A DNA stretch of 64,000 nucleotides, from the IMG/VR virus record IMGVR_UViG_3300044475_000063, positions 34,392 through 98,391 of that record; one strand, given 5' to 3'. Each line of letters starts with the position of its first letter. Position 1 is the stretch's first letter. The DNA comes from a virus. The notes below the pieces were generated by a model, which saw only the letters and a list, made by a program, of their open reading frames with translations, made no database searches and was not told the origin of the DNA. Below are positions 7,119-15,047 of this stretch, one piece after another. A program made the translations under genes and the position numbers.

Positions 7119-8535
7119 CGACCCAGAGGTAATCAAGGCAGTAACTCGCGCACTATGCCTTGAGGATCACCTATTCTTTACTCGCTACTTCTTTAAGCTG
7201 CGCGAGGGGATTAAATTCCGCGTCAACTGGCACCATAAGCGCATGGCTGAGGCTATCCAGCGCGTGATTGATGGGCATTGCAAGCGGCTAATCATCAATG
7301 TGCCTCCTGGCTCGTCTAAGACGGAAATGGCGGTTATTAACCTGATTGCGCGTGGGCTTGCGATTAATCCTCGTGCGCGCTTCCTGCACCTATCGTACTC
7401 TGCTGACCTTGCCGAACTGAATAGCGCCAAGGCAAAGGAGCTAATCACGTCCAGCGAGTATCAAGAGTTATTCACGATCCCGATTAAGACCGACTCCAAG
7501 GCGCGGGGCCGCTGGAACGTGGTTGATGAAAAAGGCGTGTCTATCGGCGGATGCTATGCGACCTCGACGCTTGGTCAGGTAACTGGCTTTCGTGCCGGTC
7601 ACATGGCTGATGGGTTTCAGGGCGCGATCATCATCGATGATCCATTAAAGCCTGTAGACAGCCTATCAAAGACCAAGCGCGATGCAGTCAACAATGCCTT
7701 TATCAATACCGTGCAGAGCCGCAAGGCATCGCCTGATACTCCTATCATCGTCATCATGCAACGCCTCGCAGACGAGGATTTAACGGGCTTCCTGTTGAAT
7801 GGCGGCGACGGCAAAGAGTGGGAGCATGTTTGCATCCCAGCTATTGACGACGATTCCGGCAAGAGCTATTGGCCTGAGAAAGAGCCTATCGAATCGCTCT
7901 TGCAACTTAAGGAAAAGGGTAACTTCACCTTTGAGGGGCAGTACCAGCAGCGACCATATGTGCTAGGTGGTGAAATTATCAGGGGCGAATGGTTCGGGCG
8001 CTATAGCGAACTGCCGCCGCAGAAATGGTGTGTGCAGCGCGCCGTATTCGCTGATACAGCCATGAAAACAGGCGAGCAGAACGACTACACGGTATTTATT
8101 GATGCCGCGCTCTATACCGATGGCAAGGTACGTATCCTTAACCTATGGCGCAAGAAAGTGAATGCCGTGGGCCTTCTTCAATTAGCCAAAGAGGTTTGGG
8201 CCTCGACAGAAGGGCTAGCTAGCGCCATGTACATTGAAGACAAGGCATCTGGCACCGGCCTAATCCAGCAGCTACAGGAAAACGACGTATTTATCCCGGT
8301 TATCCCAATCGAGCGCACCAAAGACAAGCTAACCCGCGTCATGGAAGTGCAGCCAAGGATTCAGGCTGGCGGCGTTTTGCTGCCTACCTATGCGCCTTGG
8401 GTAACTGAGTTCATTAGCGAATGTGAGGCATTCACTGCAAACGATAGCCATAAACACGATGACCAAGTAGACCCGCTTGTAGATGCTGTAAATACGTTCA
8501 TGGCTAACAGTTTCAACCTATCAGCCTTGGTTTAG
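7105..8535 (+). CDS. terL: terminase large subunit
   Basis: Walker A-like PPGSSKT, Walker B-like AIIIDDP, and a C-terminal nuclease-type acidic motif. The ORF is open from 7063; the ATG at 7105 overlaps the terS stop. Confidence 0.85.
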   Translation: MVASDDPEVIKAVTRALCLEDHLFFTRYFFKLREGIKFRVNWHHKRMAEAIQRVIDGHCKRLIINVPPGSSKTEMAVINLIARGLAINPRARFLHLSYSADLAELNSAKAKELITSSEYQELFTIPIKTDSKARGRWNVVDEKGVSIGGCYATSTLGQVTGFRAGHMADGFQGAIIIDDPLKPVDSLSKTKRDAVNNAFINTVQSRKASPDTPIIVIMQRLADEDLTGFLLNGGDGKEWEHVCIPAIDDDSGKSYWPEKEPIESLLQLKEKGNFTFEGQYQQRPYVLGGEIIRGEWFGRYSELPPQKWCVQRAVFADTAMKTGEQNDYTVFIDAALYTDGKVRILNLWRKKVNAVGLLQLAKEVWASTEGLASAMYIEDKASGTGLIQQLQENDVFIPVIPIERTKDKLTRVMEVQPRIQAGGVLLPTYAPWVTEFISECEAFTANDSHKHDDQVDPLVDAVNTFMANSFNLSALV

Positions 8536-8546
8536 ATAAGAGAACA

Positions 8547-8572
8547 TAAATAAAAACCCGCCGAAGCGGGTT
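8547..8572 (-). terminator. intrinsic terminator of the reverse-strand two-gene insert
   Basis: Hairpin ACCCGC-TTCG-GCGGGT followed on the minus strand by TTTTTATTT. Confidence 0.6.
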
Positions 8573-8579
8573 GATTATG

Positions 8580-8954
8580 TTAGCCGTCGCCGGAGCCGTA
8601 GCCGTAGCCGGAGCCGTAGCCGTAGCCGGAGCCGGAGCCGTAGCCGTAGCCGGAGCCGGAGCCGTAGCTGTCGCCGGAGCCGTCGCCGTAGCCGGAGCCG
8701 TAGCCGGAGCCGTCGCCGGAGCCGGAGCCGTAGCCGTAGCCGGAGCCGGAGCCGTAGCTGTCGCCGGAGCCGTCGCCGTAGCCGGAGCCGTAGCCGGAGC
8801 CGTCGCCGGAGCCGTAGCCGGAGCCGTAGCCGGAGCCGGAGCCGTAGCTGTCGCCGGAGCCGTCGCCGGAGCCGTCGCCGGAGCCGTCGCCGGAGCCGTC
8901 GCCGGAGCCGTAGCCGTAGCCGGAGCCGTCAGTAAAAGTTTTATTGGTAGCCAT
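8580..8954 (-). CDS. poly(Gly-X) low-complexity protein (X = Ser/Tyr/Asp; 124 aa from MATNKTFTDG)
   Basis: AAGGA RBS 8 nt before the ATG. The start overlaps the stop of 8941..9315. A terminator lies immediately downstream. The 30-aa unit GDGSGYGSGYGDGSGDSYGSGSGYGYGSGS is repeated. Confidence 0.55.
   Translation of the reverse strand: MATNKTFTDGSGYGYGSGDGSGDGSGDGSGDGSGDSYGSGSGYGSGYGSGDGSGYGSGYGDGSGDSYGSGSGYGYGSGSGDGSGYGSGYGDGSGDSYGSGSGYGYGSGSGYGYGSGYGYGSGDG
8585..8935. repeat. in-frame tandem repeat, 6-nt period with a 90-bp higher-order unit
   Basis: GCCGTAGCTG recurs at 8661, 8751 and 8841, exactly 90 bp apart. The whole tract is GCC-GGA-GCC-GTA/GTC type. Confidence 0.9.
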
Positions 8955-9315
8955 CAATGCTGTCCTTTGCAGCTTGGGTAGCTGGGATCAGTTCGCAGAT
9001 GCCAGTCAGATAAATTTCTGGGTTGACCACATCGACTTTCCCGCCGTCTTTTTTAAGGCCGTGTTGAGCAACGCCCGATAGCGCAACGCCGTCTTTAGCT
9101 TTCCACGACCACAGGCGGCGCGAGTTTTTCAGAACTGCGGTATCGCCGTCAACGCTTACGACTTCGCCAGCATGCACACCAGCGGCATAGCAGCGTGCGA
9201 TTACGTACTTGCCAACGAATGGATGAGGTAATACGGCTTGATATACTTGAGCCGACGCGCCAAACAAGGCGGCAAGTTCTTTAGCTTGGCCGATGGTGAG
9301 TTCGTTAATGTTCAA
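8941..9315 (-). CDS. hypothetical protein (124 aa), partner of the repeat protein
   Basis: GGAGAAG RBS and an AT-rich promoter region at 9316..9450. Absent from unit 2. Confidence 0.65.
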   Translation of the reverse strand: MNINELTIGQAKELAALFGASAQVYQAVLPHPFVGKYVIARCYAAGVHAGEVVSVDGDTAVLKNSRRLWSWKAKDGVALSGVAQHGLKKDGGKVDVVNPEIYLTGICELIPATQAAKDSIDGYQ

Positions 9316-9450
9316 TTTACTTCTCCTATGGTTTTGCCTTTCGGCGTTGTGCTACGGATGACTAATGATAACTAAGGTTTCTCTATCTGTATATTTGAAA
9401 TAAACTATAAAATACTAGAGTAAAATAGAGAAATACTATGAGGGGTTAAG

Positions 9451-10806
9451 ATGGGCCGACCATTGGGAAGTAAGAACAAGCCGAAAGAGCCGCAGCAGAA
9501 TGTAGTTGTGACGGACGGGTACGCTGAGGCATTTACGGGAGCAGGAACAAATCGGGACCGTAGCAGCTACACGCGCATCGGGCGCACCGCCATGCTGCAA
9601 CAGATGGAATGTTCGCTACTGTACTTGGGTGATGGCTTTGCGCGCAAGATTGTGGACGTTCCAGCAGAGGAAATGACGCGCTCGGGCCTTGAGCTTGAGG
9701 ATTTAGAGGACGAGGAACTAGAGCAATTCGTCATGGCGCGTCTTGATGATCTGGACGCCATGCGGCACTTTAACGATGCGGTGGCGTGGTCTAGGTTGCA
9801 CGGCGGCGCTGTGATGATCTTCGGCCTGAATGATGGCGGCACGCTTGATGTGCCTCTTAATCCCGAAGGGATCAAGAGCGTTGAATTTCTCCGAGTCTAT
9901 GACCGCTGGCAAGCGACTATCCAGACCCGCGTGACCGATCCGAACAGCCCGGACTACGGCAAGCCGGACATCTGGCTCATTTCGCCGCTTGATGGTGCGC
10001 AACCGTACAAAGTGCATAACTCGCGCCTTTGGATGTTCGACGGCGACCGCATTCCAGACTTTGACCGCAATGCCAATCTCGGCTGGGGCGCATCGGCCCT
10101 GCAAGCCTGCCAAGATCAGCTTAAGCGCCTCGGCATGGGCCACCAATGGACGCTGGCGATTCTTGAGAGGGCGCAACAGGCAGTTCATAAGATTCCACGC
10201 CTCGGCCAAACGCTGCAATCCCCAGGCGGCGAAGCAATGGTACGCAAGCGCGTGGACGTTGTAGACATGGTGCGCGGCATCCTGAATACGATTGTTGTAG
10301 ACGGAGAAGAGGATTACCAAGTAACAACAGCTACGCTAACCGGCTATACGGACGTGCTAGACCGCTTTGCAGAGGCTTTGGCTGCTACTAGTGGCATCCC
10401 AGTATTTAAGCTGATGGAGCGCACGCAAGGGGGGTTGAGCAATACCGACAAGGGCGCTAGCGATGCTTGGTATGCTCGCATTGAGTCATGGTGGAATAAT
10501 CTGCTTCGTAAGCCTCAAGACTTGCTAATCCAGTACATCATGATTTCTAAGAACGGCGAAGCGCCAGATTACAAGCTGTGCATGGCCCCGCTGTCGGTAC
10601 TGAGCGCGACTGAGCAAGCAGAGGTTGATTTGAAGAAAGCACAGGCATTGCAGGCTCGTGCAGATGCAGCTATTAAATTCATGACTGGTGGTGTTCTTGC
10701 GGCGGATGATGTACGCCCTTCTATCGCGGAAGAATATGGTCTGAAAGAAGATAGCCAAGCGCCGGGGATTATTGAACCAGATGACGGCATGACAGAAAAT
10801 GGCTAA
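9451..10806 (+). CDS. portal protein
   Basis: 451 aa, immediately after the terminase region. About 90% identical to 59843..61201. Confidence 0.8.
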   Translation: MGRPLGSKNKPKEPQQNVVVTDGYAEAFTGAGTNRDRSSYTRIGRTAMLQQMECSLLYLGDGFARKIVDVPAEEMTRSGLELEDLEDEELEQFVMARLDDLDAMRHFNDAVAWSRLHGGAVMIFGLNDGGTLDVPLNPEGIKSVEFLRVYDRWQATIQTRVTDPNSPDYGKPDIWLISPLDGAQPYKVHNSRLWMFDGDRIPDFDRNANLGWGASALQACQDQLKRLGMGHQWTLAILERAQQAVHKIPRLGQTLQSPGGEAMVRKRVDVVDMVRGILNTIVVDGEEDYQVTTATLTGYTDVLDRFAEALAATSGIPVFKLMERTQGGLSNTDKGASDAWYARIESWWNNLLRKPQDLLIQYIMISKNGEAPDYKLCMAPLSVLSATEQAEVDLKKAQALQARADAAIKFMTGGVLAADDVRPSIAEEYGLKEDSQAPGIIEPDDGMTENG

Positions 10807-11812
10807 ACAATGGTTATATCCTCATGCTCAAGAGAGGCAACTTGATAAAGCGATGCAGGCTTATGCACGTCAGGTGATGGCTGACGTTGATGCTGTTATA
10901 GTATCCAACATGGGTTACTTCATGTCGAAGGCTAAGCTTGATGCTGAATCTAGCGAAGAACCAGAAGAACAGGAGTCCTGGAGTGAAGAGCTAGCACTTT
11001 TAGTGGCTATTCTTTTGACGCGATCTGCTAGCTATGATTTCTCAGCAATCTACACTGCTGGTAGAAACATTGCCGCATTTAATGATTATCAATTCAAATC
11101 AGTAATTAATTCTGTATTAAACGTTGTTCCGCGAATAGCAGAGCCTTTTTTAAACGGAATTCTTTCTGATTGGTATAAAAAAACCACGGATTTAGTTAAA
11201 GACAAAGCTTCTGAATACATAAAGTCAGTAGAGGCAATTATTAGAAATCAGTCGGCAATTGAATCAACTCAAAAAGCAGCAAAAGAAGTAATAGCAAAGA
11301 GAAAAGAAGTTTTCTCAGGCAAAATGACATTCACTGCTATTAATGAAACAGGGATGCTGAACTCAATGCTGCAACGTAGCCGCTTGATGGCAATTGGAGC
11401 GCTGTCGTACATCTGGACTACTCAACGGGACGAGCGAGTTAGGCCGCTTCACCAGCAAAGGCAAGGTAAGATGTTTTCATGGACTGTTCCTCCATCAGAT
11501 GGGCATCCAGGTATGCCGATTCGTTGCCGATGCATCGCTACGCCAGTAATTGATTTCGATTTTGAAGGACAATTCCCAACTGATCCAGCAAAAGTTTTTG
11601 AGCTTCGGCAATATCGACGTGGAGTTTCAGAAAATCAGCGCCTAGAAAGAAATAAAGATTATGGCGCAGCATTTAGAAGTGGGAAATTGACGCCCGGGGA
11701 AATTATTTCTCTTAACAGAGATAAGACCTCTGCACGATCTGTTGTAAACTCCTTATTGACAAGCGGGCGACTCACCCAATCCCAACTAAACAATCTCTAC
11801 AAGGATTTGTGA
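10799..11812 (+). CDS. head morphogenesis protein (SPP1 gp7 / Mu F family)
   Basis: Signature RDERVRPLH...GHPGMPIRCRCI, located after the portal gene. Confidence 0.85.
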   Translation: MAKQWLYPHAQERQLDKAMQAYARQVMADVDAVIVSNMGYFMSKAKLDAESSEEPEEQESWSEELALLVAILLTRSASYDFSAIYTAGRNIAAFNDYQFKSVINSVLNVVPRIAEPFLNGILSDWYKKTTDLVKDKASEYIKSVEAIIRNQSAIESTQKAAKEVIAKRKEVFSGKMTFTAINETGMLNSMLQRSRLMAIGALSYIWTTQRDERVRPLHQQRQGKMFSWTVPPSDGHPGMPIRCRCIATPVIDFDFEGQFPTDPAKVFELRQYRRGVSENQRLERNKDYGAAFRSGKLTPGEIISLNRDKTSARSVVNSLLTSGRLTQSQLNNLYKDL

Positions 11813-12294
11813 TGGCTACTAGAGATAGAGACATGGGCTTAAAAAAAATACTGAATGGTATGCGTGTGCTGAAGCGTAAATCAATCACTATCGGCCTTCA
11901 CGAAGATTTAGGAATTCATCCCGGAGAGCATAATTCAGAAGGTCTTACTCATGCTCAGATCGGGGCTATACAGGAGTTTGGCGCTACGAGGACATTCTTG
12001 GACGGACATACGATGGAGATTCCGTCTCGCCCATTCACAAGAGATTCTTTCGATAGAAACCTAGAAAATATATGGCGAGACATACAGAGGTCATTTGAGG
12101 CAGCAAAACCAACTGGAAATTTTATACAAGCAATGTTTGATGTTGGCAAGCGTCATGCAGAATACCAGCGGAAAGTAATGGATGCTTGGTCTGATCCGCC
12201 AAATTCTGCGCGGACTATCAAGTACAAAAAGAAAAATGATCCGCTTGATTGGACTGGTGCAATGATCCATGCAGTAAAGGCAAAAATAGAATGA
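11809..12294 (+). CDS. HK97 gp10-like protein, extra paralog
   Basis: Shares the N-terminal RDxGLK...motif and the EFG core with 19775..20233. Absent from unit 2. Confidence 0.5.
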   Translation: MMATRDRDMGLKKILNGMRVLKRKSITIGLHEDLGIHPGEHNSEGLTHAQIGAIQEFGATRTFLDGHTMEIPSRPFTRDSFDRNLENIWRDIQRSFEAAKPTGNFIQAMFDVGKRHAEYQRKVMDAWSDPPNSARTIKYKKKNDPLDWTGAMIHAVKAKIE

Positions 12295-12497
12295 ATTGCG
12301 AAAAAGGAGATATTGCTATAGTTACAGCAATCGGAGAATTGGAAGGCAAGGTAGTTATCCTTACTGATCTTATAAAAACCGAAAAGGGGTATGCTTGGAG
12401 ATATGAGCCTCCCTTGCTAAAGCTTAAAAATGGCAACGAACAATCTAGCTTATTTGATAGCGCTTTAATGCCTGTAGAAATGAAATTTTCCAATTAG
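12291..12497 (+). CDS. hypothetical protein (68 aa from MNCEKGD)
   Basis: ATGA overlap with the upstream stop. Absent from unit 2. Confidence 0.4.
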   Translation: MNCEKGDIAIVTAIGELEGKVVILTDLIKTEKGYAWRYEPPLLKLKNGNEQSSLFDSALMPVEMKFSN

Positions 12498-12539
12498 GGC
12501 ACTTCGATAGGCTATGATCGCCTTTGCAGAGTGGGCAGG

Positions 12540-12737
12540 TCATAACTTCACCACTTCTTCAAGATGAATAGTGGCCTGGAATCGATTTGGAACAAGCGCA
12601 GAAAAATATGATGAATGCTCTTCAAACCTGATTTCCTTAATCATGTATGTTACGCCAACAATATCAATTAAGCCATTTGAATCGTAGACTTTTTTGTACG
12701 CCTCAAAGGTTTTGCGGTTGTTTGTGGTAATCATCAC
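12540..12737 (-). CDS. hypothetical protein (65 aa)
   Basis: Last gene of the reverse-strand cassette. Overlapping stop/start. Confidence 0.45.
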   Translation of the reverse strand: MMITTNNRKTFEAYKKVYDSNGLIDIVGVTYMIKEIRFEEHSSYFSALVPNRFQATIHLEEVVKL

Positions 12738-13072
12738 GCTTCCCCAAAAAGGGCAGCGACCAGCGGGTCACGTTGCACACGCTCAGGAAGCAACTCACCC
12801 TGAACATTGCGCGGCTTCTTAAAGGTGTAGAACTGCACTTTTTGGCTATCGTCGCCAAGAATTCTCTTCTCGCCTTTAAAAATCCCCTCGGCTTGATAAA
12901 GACCACGGAACAAGCTCGTGGCCTCCTGAATGCTCAAGCCTAGCTCTTTGGCTACATACTGTGGACAGCTTTCGCCGTCGCGCTCTATGATTTCCTCAAC
13001 CTCGGCCATGAGTTCTAACCGTGACTTCTTCGTAGCCGCCTGCAAAAACTTGATAGTGAGCGATTTAAGCAT
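12734..13072 (-). CDS. hypothetical protein (112 aa), possibly winged-helix
   Basis: Conserved homolog at 62073..62405. Confidence 0.6.
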   Translation of the reverse strand: MLKSLTIKFLQAATKKSRLELMAEVEEIIERDGESCPQYVAKELGLSIQEATSLFRGLYQAEGIFKGEKRILGDDSQKVQFYTFKKPRNVQGELLPERVQRDPLVAALFGEA

Positions 13073-13111
13073 TTTAAGTTCCGATGGTTGATTTGCATTA
13101 ATCTATCACAA

Positions 13112-13255
13112 TCAATGCTGGACTTTTTGAAAGCATTTCTTAGGGCCTTCCCAACTGCCGCCAGATTTTGAGCAATTAGCAATTTCCTTTTCGTTGGCAA
13201 GAAATACAAAGCTCAAGAACGCAACAAAGCATAGAATTGACAGAAAGAGGCGCAT
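13112..13255 (-). CDS. 47-aa secreted peptide candidate (signal peptide plus two-Cys mature part)
   Basis: Not in the ORF track. Sequence MRLFLSILCFVAFLSFVFLANEKEIANCSKSGGSWEGPKKCFQKVQH. ATGA overlap with the upstream stop. Confidence 0.3.
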   Translation of the reverse strand: MRLFLSILCFVAFLSFVFLANEKEIANCSKSGGSWEGPKKCFQKVQH

Positions 13256-13719
13256 CATTCCTCCGTGTTGATTGGTTCTTGGCTTAGACCGCGCCAGAAA
13301 AGAAGATCACTTTTCCACCAAGCATGTTTGCCCATAGACGATGCGCTATTCACATCATAAGCACCATACATGAAAGCAGCTCCATCCCAATAGCGATAGA
13401 ACTCCTCGCCGCGATCTACAGTTGCTAGATACACCCCTTTTTTATTCCGATCAGGAAGCTCATTTACTCCATATCGCCAATCAGTTAGAGGAATCGCCGC
13501 ATTGATTTCGTCCGCTACTTCGGAGAAGGATTTGACCTTAATTCCACTCATGCGAAGATTAAATGGCCCGTCAACGAAATAGACATAACCACGGCTTGAA
13601 ATCATGCCGATGTTGAATAATCCGCCATTGCGCAGCCCATAGAACTTAGCAATCCTCTCAGCGAAGCGAGTTTTGCCGTTGGGAACGCCGTATATGATTA
13701 GGGATGGTTTCATTTGCAC
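13255..13719 (-). CDS. hypothetical protein with an N-terminal Walker-A-like motif (GVPNGKT)
   Basis: The N-terminal ~85 aa are conserved with 62425..62874, while the C-terminal halves differ. Confidence 0.6.
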   Translation of the reverse strand: MQMKPSLIIYGVPNGKTRFAERIAKFYGLRNGGLFNIGMISSRGYVYFVDGPFNLRMSGIKVKSFSEVADEINAAIPLTDWRYGVNELPDRNKKGVYLATVDRGEEFYRYWDGAAFMYGAYDVNSASSMGKHAWWKSDLLFWRGLSQEPINTEE

Positions 13720-13982
13720 ACCTGTTTTCCATTGTTGTCCATGCGAGGCGTAATTGCTGCGCCTCGGTTATAAGCGCCGTCCCAGCCAAGATAGTGACAG
13801 CCGGTGCGCGCATCAATTAGAACCCACATACCGCTGCGCCCATTTGGTGGGTCTGAGTCATCGCGTACAGTGTTGTCATAGGGCTTCGCTTCGGCTTTTA
13901 TTGGGGCGATTTTAGGCTCACATTGAGGCGAGCCAGAGCAGCCAGATAAAAGAACAAACAAAACACCAAAGAAGATTTTCAT
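13710..13982 (-). CDS. lipoprotein (90 aa)
   Basis: Signal peptide with lipobox LLSGC (MKIFFGVLFVLLSGCSG). Confidence 0.65.
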   Translation of the reverse strand: MKIFFGVLFVLLSGCSGSPQCEPKIAPIKAEAKPYDNTVRDDSDPPNGRSGMWVLIDARTGCHYLGWDGAYNRGAAITPRMDNNGKQVCK

Positions 13983-14227
13983 TTCTCGCGCTCCTTAAGC
14001 ATGGCATCGGCAATTAAGAAAGCTTGCTTAGCCGCAAAATCATAAACATCAACAAGATAGTTATCCCCTGGCCGTGTTAAATCGACATTGAGCCACGCTT
14101 GCATCGCCTTTGCCGCGAAGTAGTCACGGATCGAAAGGCCGGGGAATTGCCAAGTATTAGGGCCGTCTTGATGCCCCTCTACGCCAGAAGTAGAAACTGG
14201 GAATGCTGGCTCACTAACTTTGCTCAT
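13979..14227 (-). CDS. hypothetical protein (82 aa)
   Basis: Overlapping stop/start within the cassette. Confidence 0.5.
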   Translation of the reverse strand: MSKVSEPAFPVSTSGVEGHQDGPNTWQFPGLSIRDYFAAKAMQAWLNVDLTRPGDNYLVDVYDFAAKQAFLIADAMLKEREK

Positions 14228-14595
14228 TCCTTCTCTCCCGGCAGCACTACGTCTCCGTCTTGGATGGCGCGGCGGATGGCGGCGTTGGCGATTGTTCGCT
14301 TAGAGAACAAAGCTGCTGAATCGCTTACTGCGTCCAATTCCTCATTGGTCATGCGAGTCTCTGGAGACTTAGGTTCTGGCTTGATGCGGAACGTGCCATG
14401 CAGAGGAAAATTCCAATCATCATCCTCCATATCCTTAAAGAAAGCTTTGCCATCTGCAACACCAGCGAATCGTTGCACAACTTCTCCGTTTGCCTTGGCA
14501 ATAATGAATTCTGCTAGTTTGTGAGGTTTTTTCATTTGCATTCCTTTGAAGTATATTTCAGAGCGAATTTCTGCCATAAAGTCTACGGCGCTCAT
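14224..14595 (-). CDS. hypothetical protein (123 aa)
   Basis: C-terminal AIRRAIQDGDVVLPGEK is shared with 62871..63197. Confidence 0.6.
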   Translation of the reverse strand: MSAVDFMAEIRSEIYFKGMQMKKPHKLAEFIIAKANGEVVQRFAGVADGKAFFKDMEDDDWNFPLHGTFRIKPEPKSPETRMTNEELDAVSDSAALFSKRTIANAAIRRAIQDGDVVLPGEKE

Positions 14596-14810
14596 TTTGA
14601 AAGTTCCCAGCCTTCCTCTTGAAGCTTTTCAGCATAGAGGCGGTTAATCGAGAACATGTAGTAGAAATTGGCGAAACCGAACGTAAAGAACGAGATAGCC
14701 GCTTGAGGCCACATGCCACGGCTGATGAAAACGAGGAAGCCGAAGAAGAAAGTAGTCCAGCTAAAGCCCTCGGGGACGTGGCGGGTGATGTTGTTGCGGG
14801 TTGCGATCAT
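14592..14810 (-). CDS. two-TM membrane protein (72 aa)
   Basis: Hydrophobic segments FSWTTFFFGFLVFI and AAISFFTFGFANFYYMF. First gene of the reverse cassette. Confidence 0.6.
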   Translation of the reverse strand: MIATRNNITRHVPEGFSWTTFFFGFLVFISRGMWPQAAISFFTFGFANFYYMFSINRLYAEKLQEEGWELSK

Positions 14811-14954
14811 TACATTTCCTTTGGGTGGACTCGTTCGGTTTTAATGAAAAGTGGGATAAAACCAAATAGACACACTTTGGTTGTACGATGAAGTTTTTCA
14901 TTTTGTGGGCCAGATAGGTGATAGCTCACATCAAAAGTAATCATTTAAATCTCC

Positions 14955-15047
14955 TATAAATTATTCAGTAACAACATCATGCCTTAGATGGTTGCGCGTT
15001 ACCAATAGATTTTTTCTATTGAATTTGGATTGTGATATTATTCCGCT
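14955..15047. promoter_or_regulatory. conserved divergent control region with inverted repeat AATAGA-N5-TCTATT
   Basis: About 90 nt nearly identical to 63208..63301. The inverted repeat is at 15004..15020 (63257..63273 in unit 2). Lies between the reverse cassette and the scaffold gene. Confidence 0.35.

Noticed and set aside
8585-8935. Possible CRISPR array or other spacer-repeat structure
   Set aside because: The repeats are contiguous (6-nt period, 90-bp super-period) with no unique spacers, no leader and no cas genes. This is a coding low-complexity tandem repeat.
8571-8981. Plus-strand 136-aa ORF encoding (Ala-Val-Gly)n across the repeat tract
   Set aside because: The 6-nt repeat is open in several frames on both strands. 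The plus-strand ORF starts inside or right after the terL terminator hairpin with no RBS. The minus-strand frame has an RBS, translational coupling to 8941..9315 and its own terminator. I kept it only as an alternative to test.
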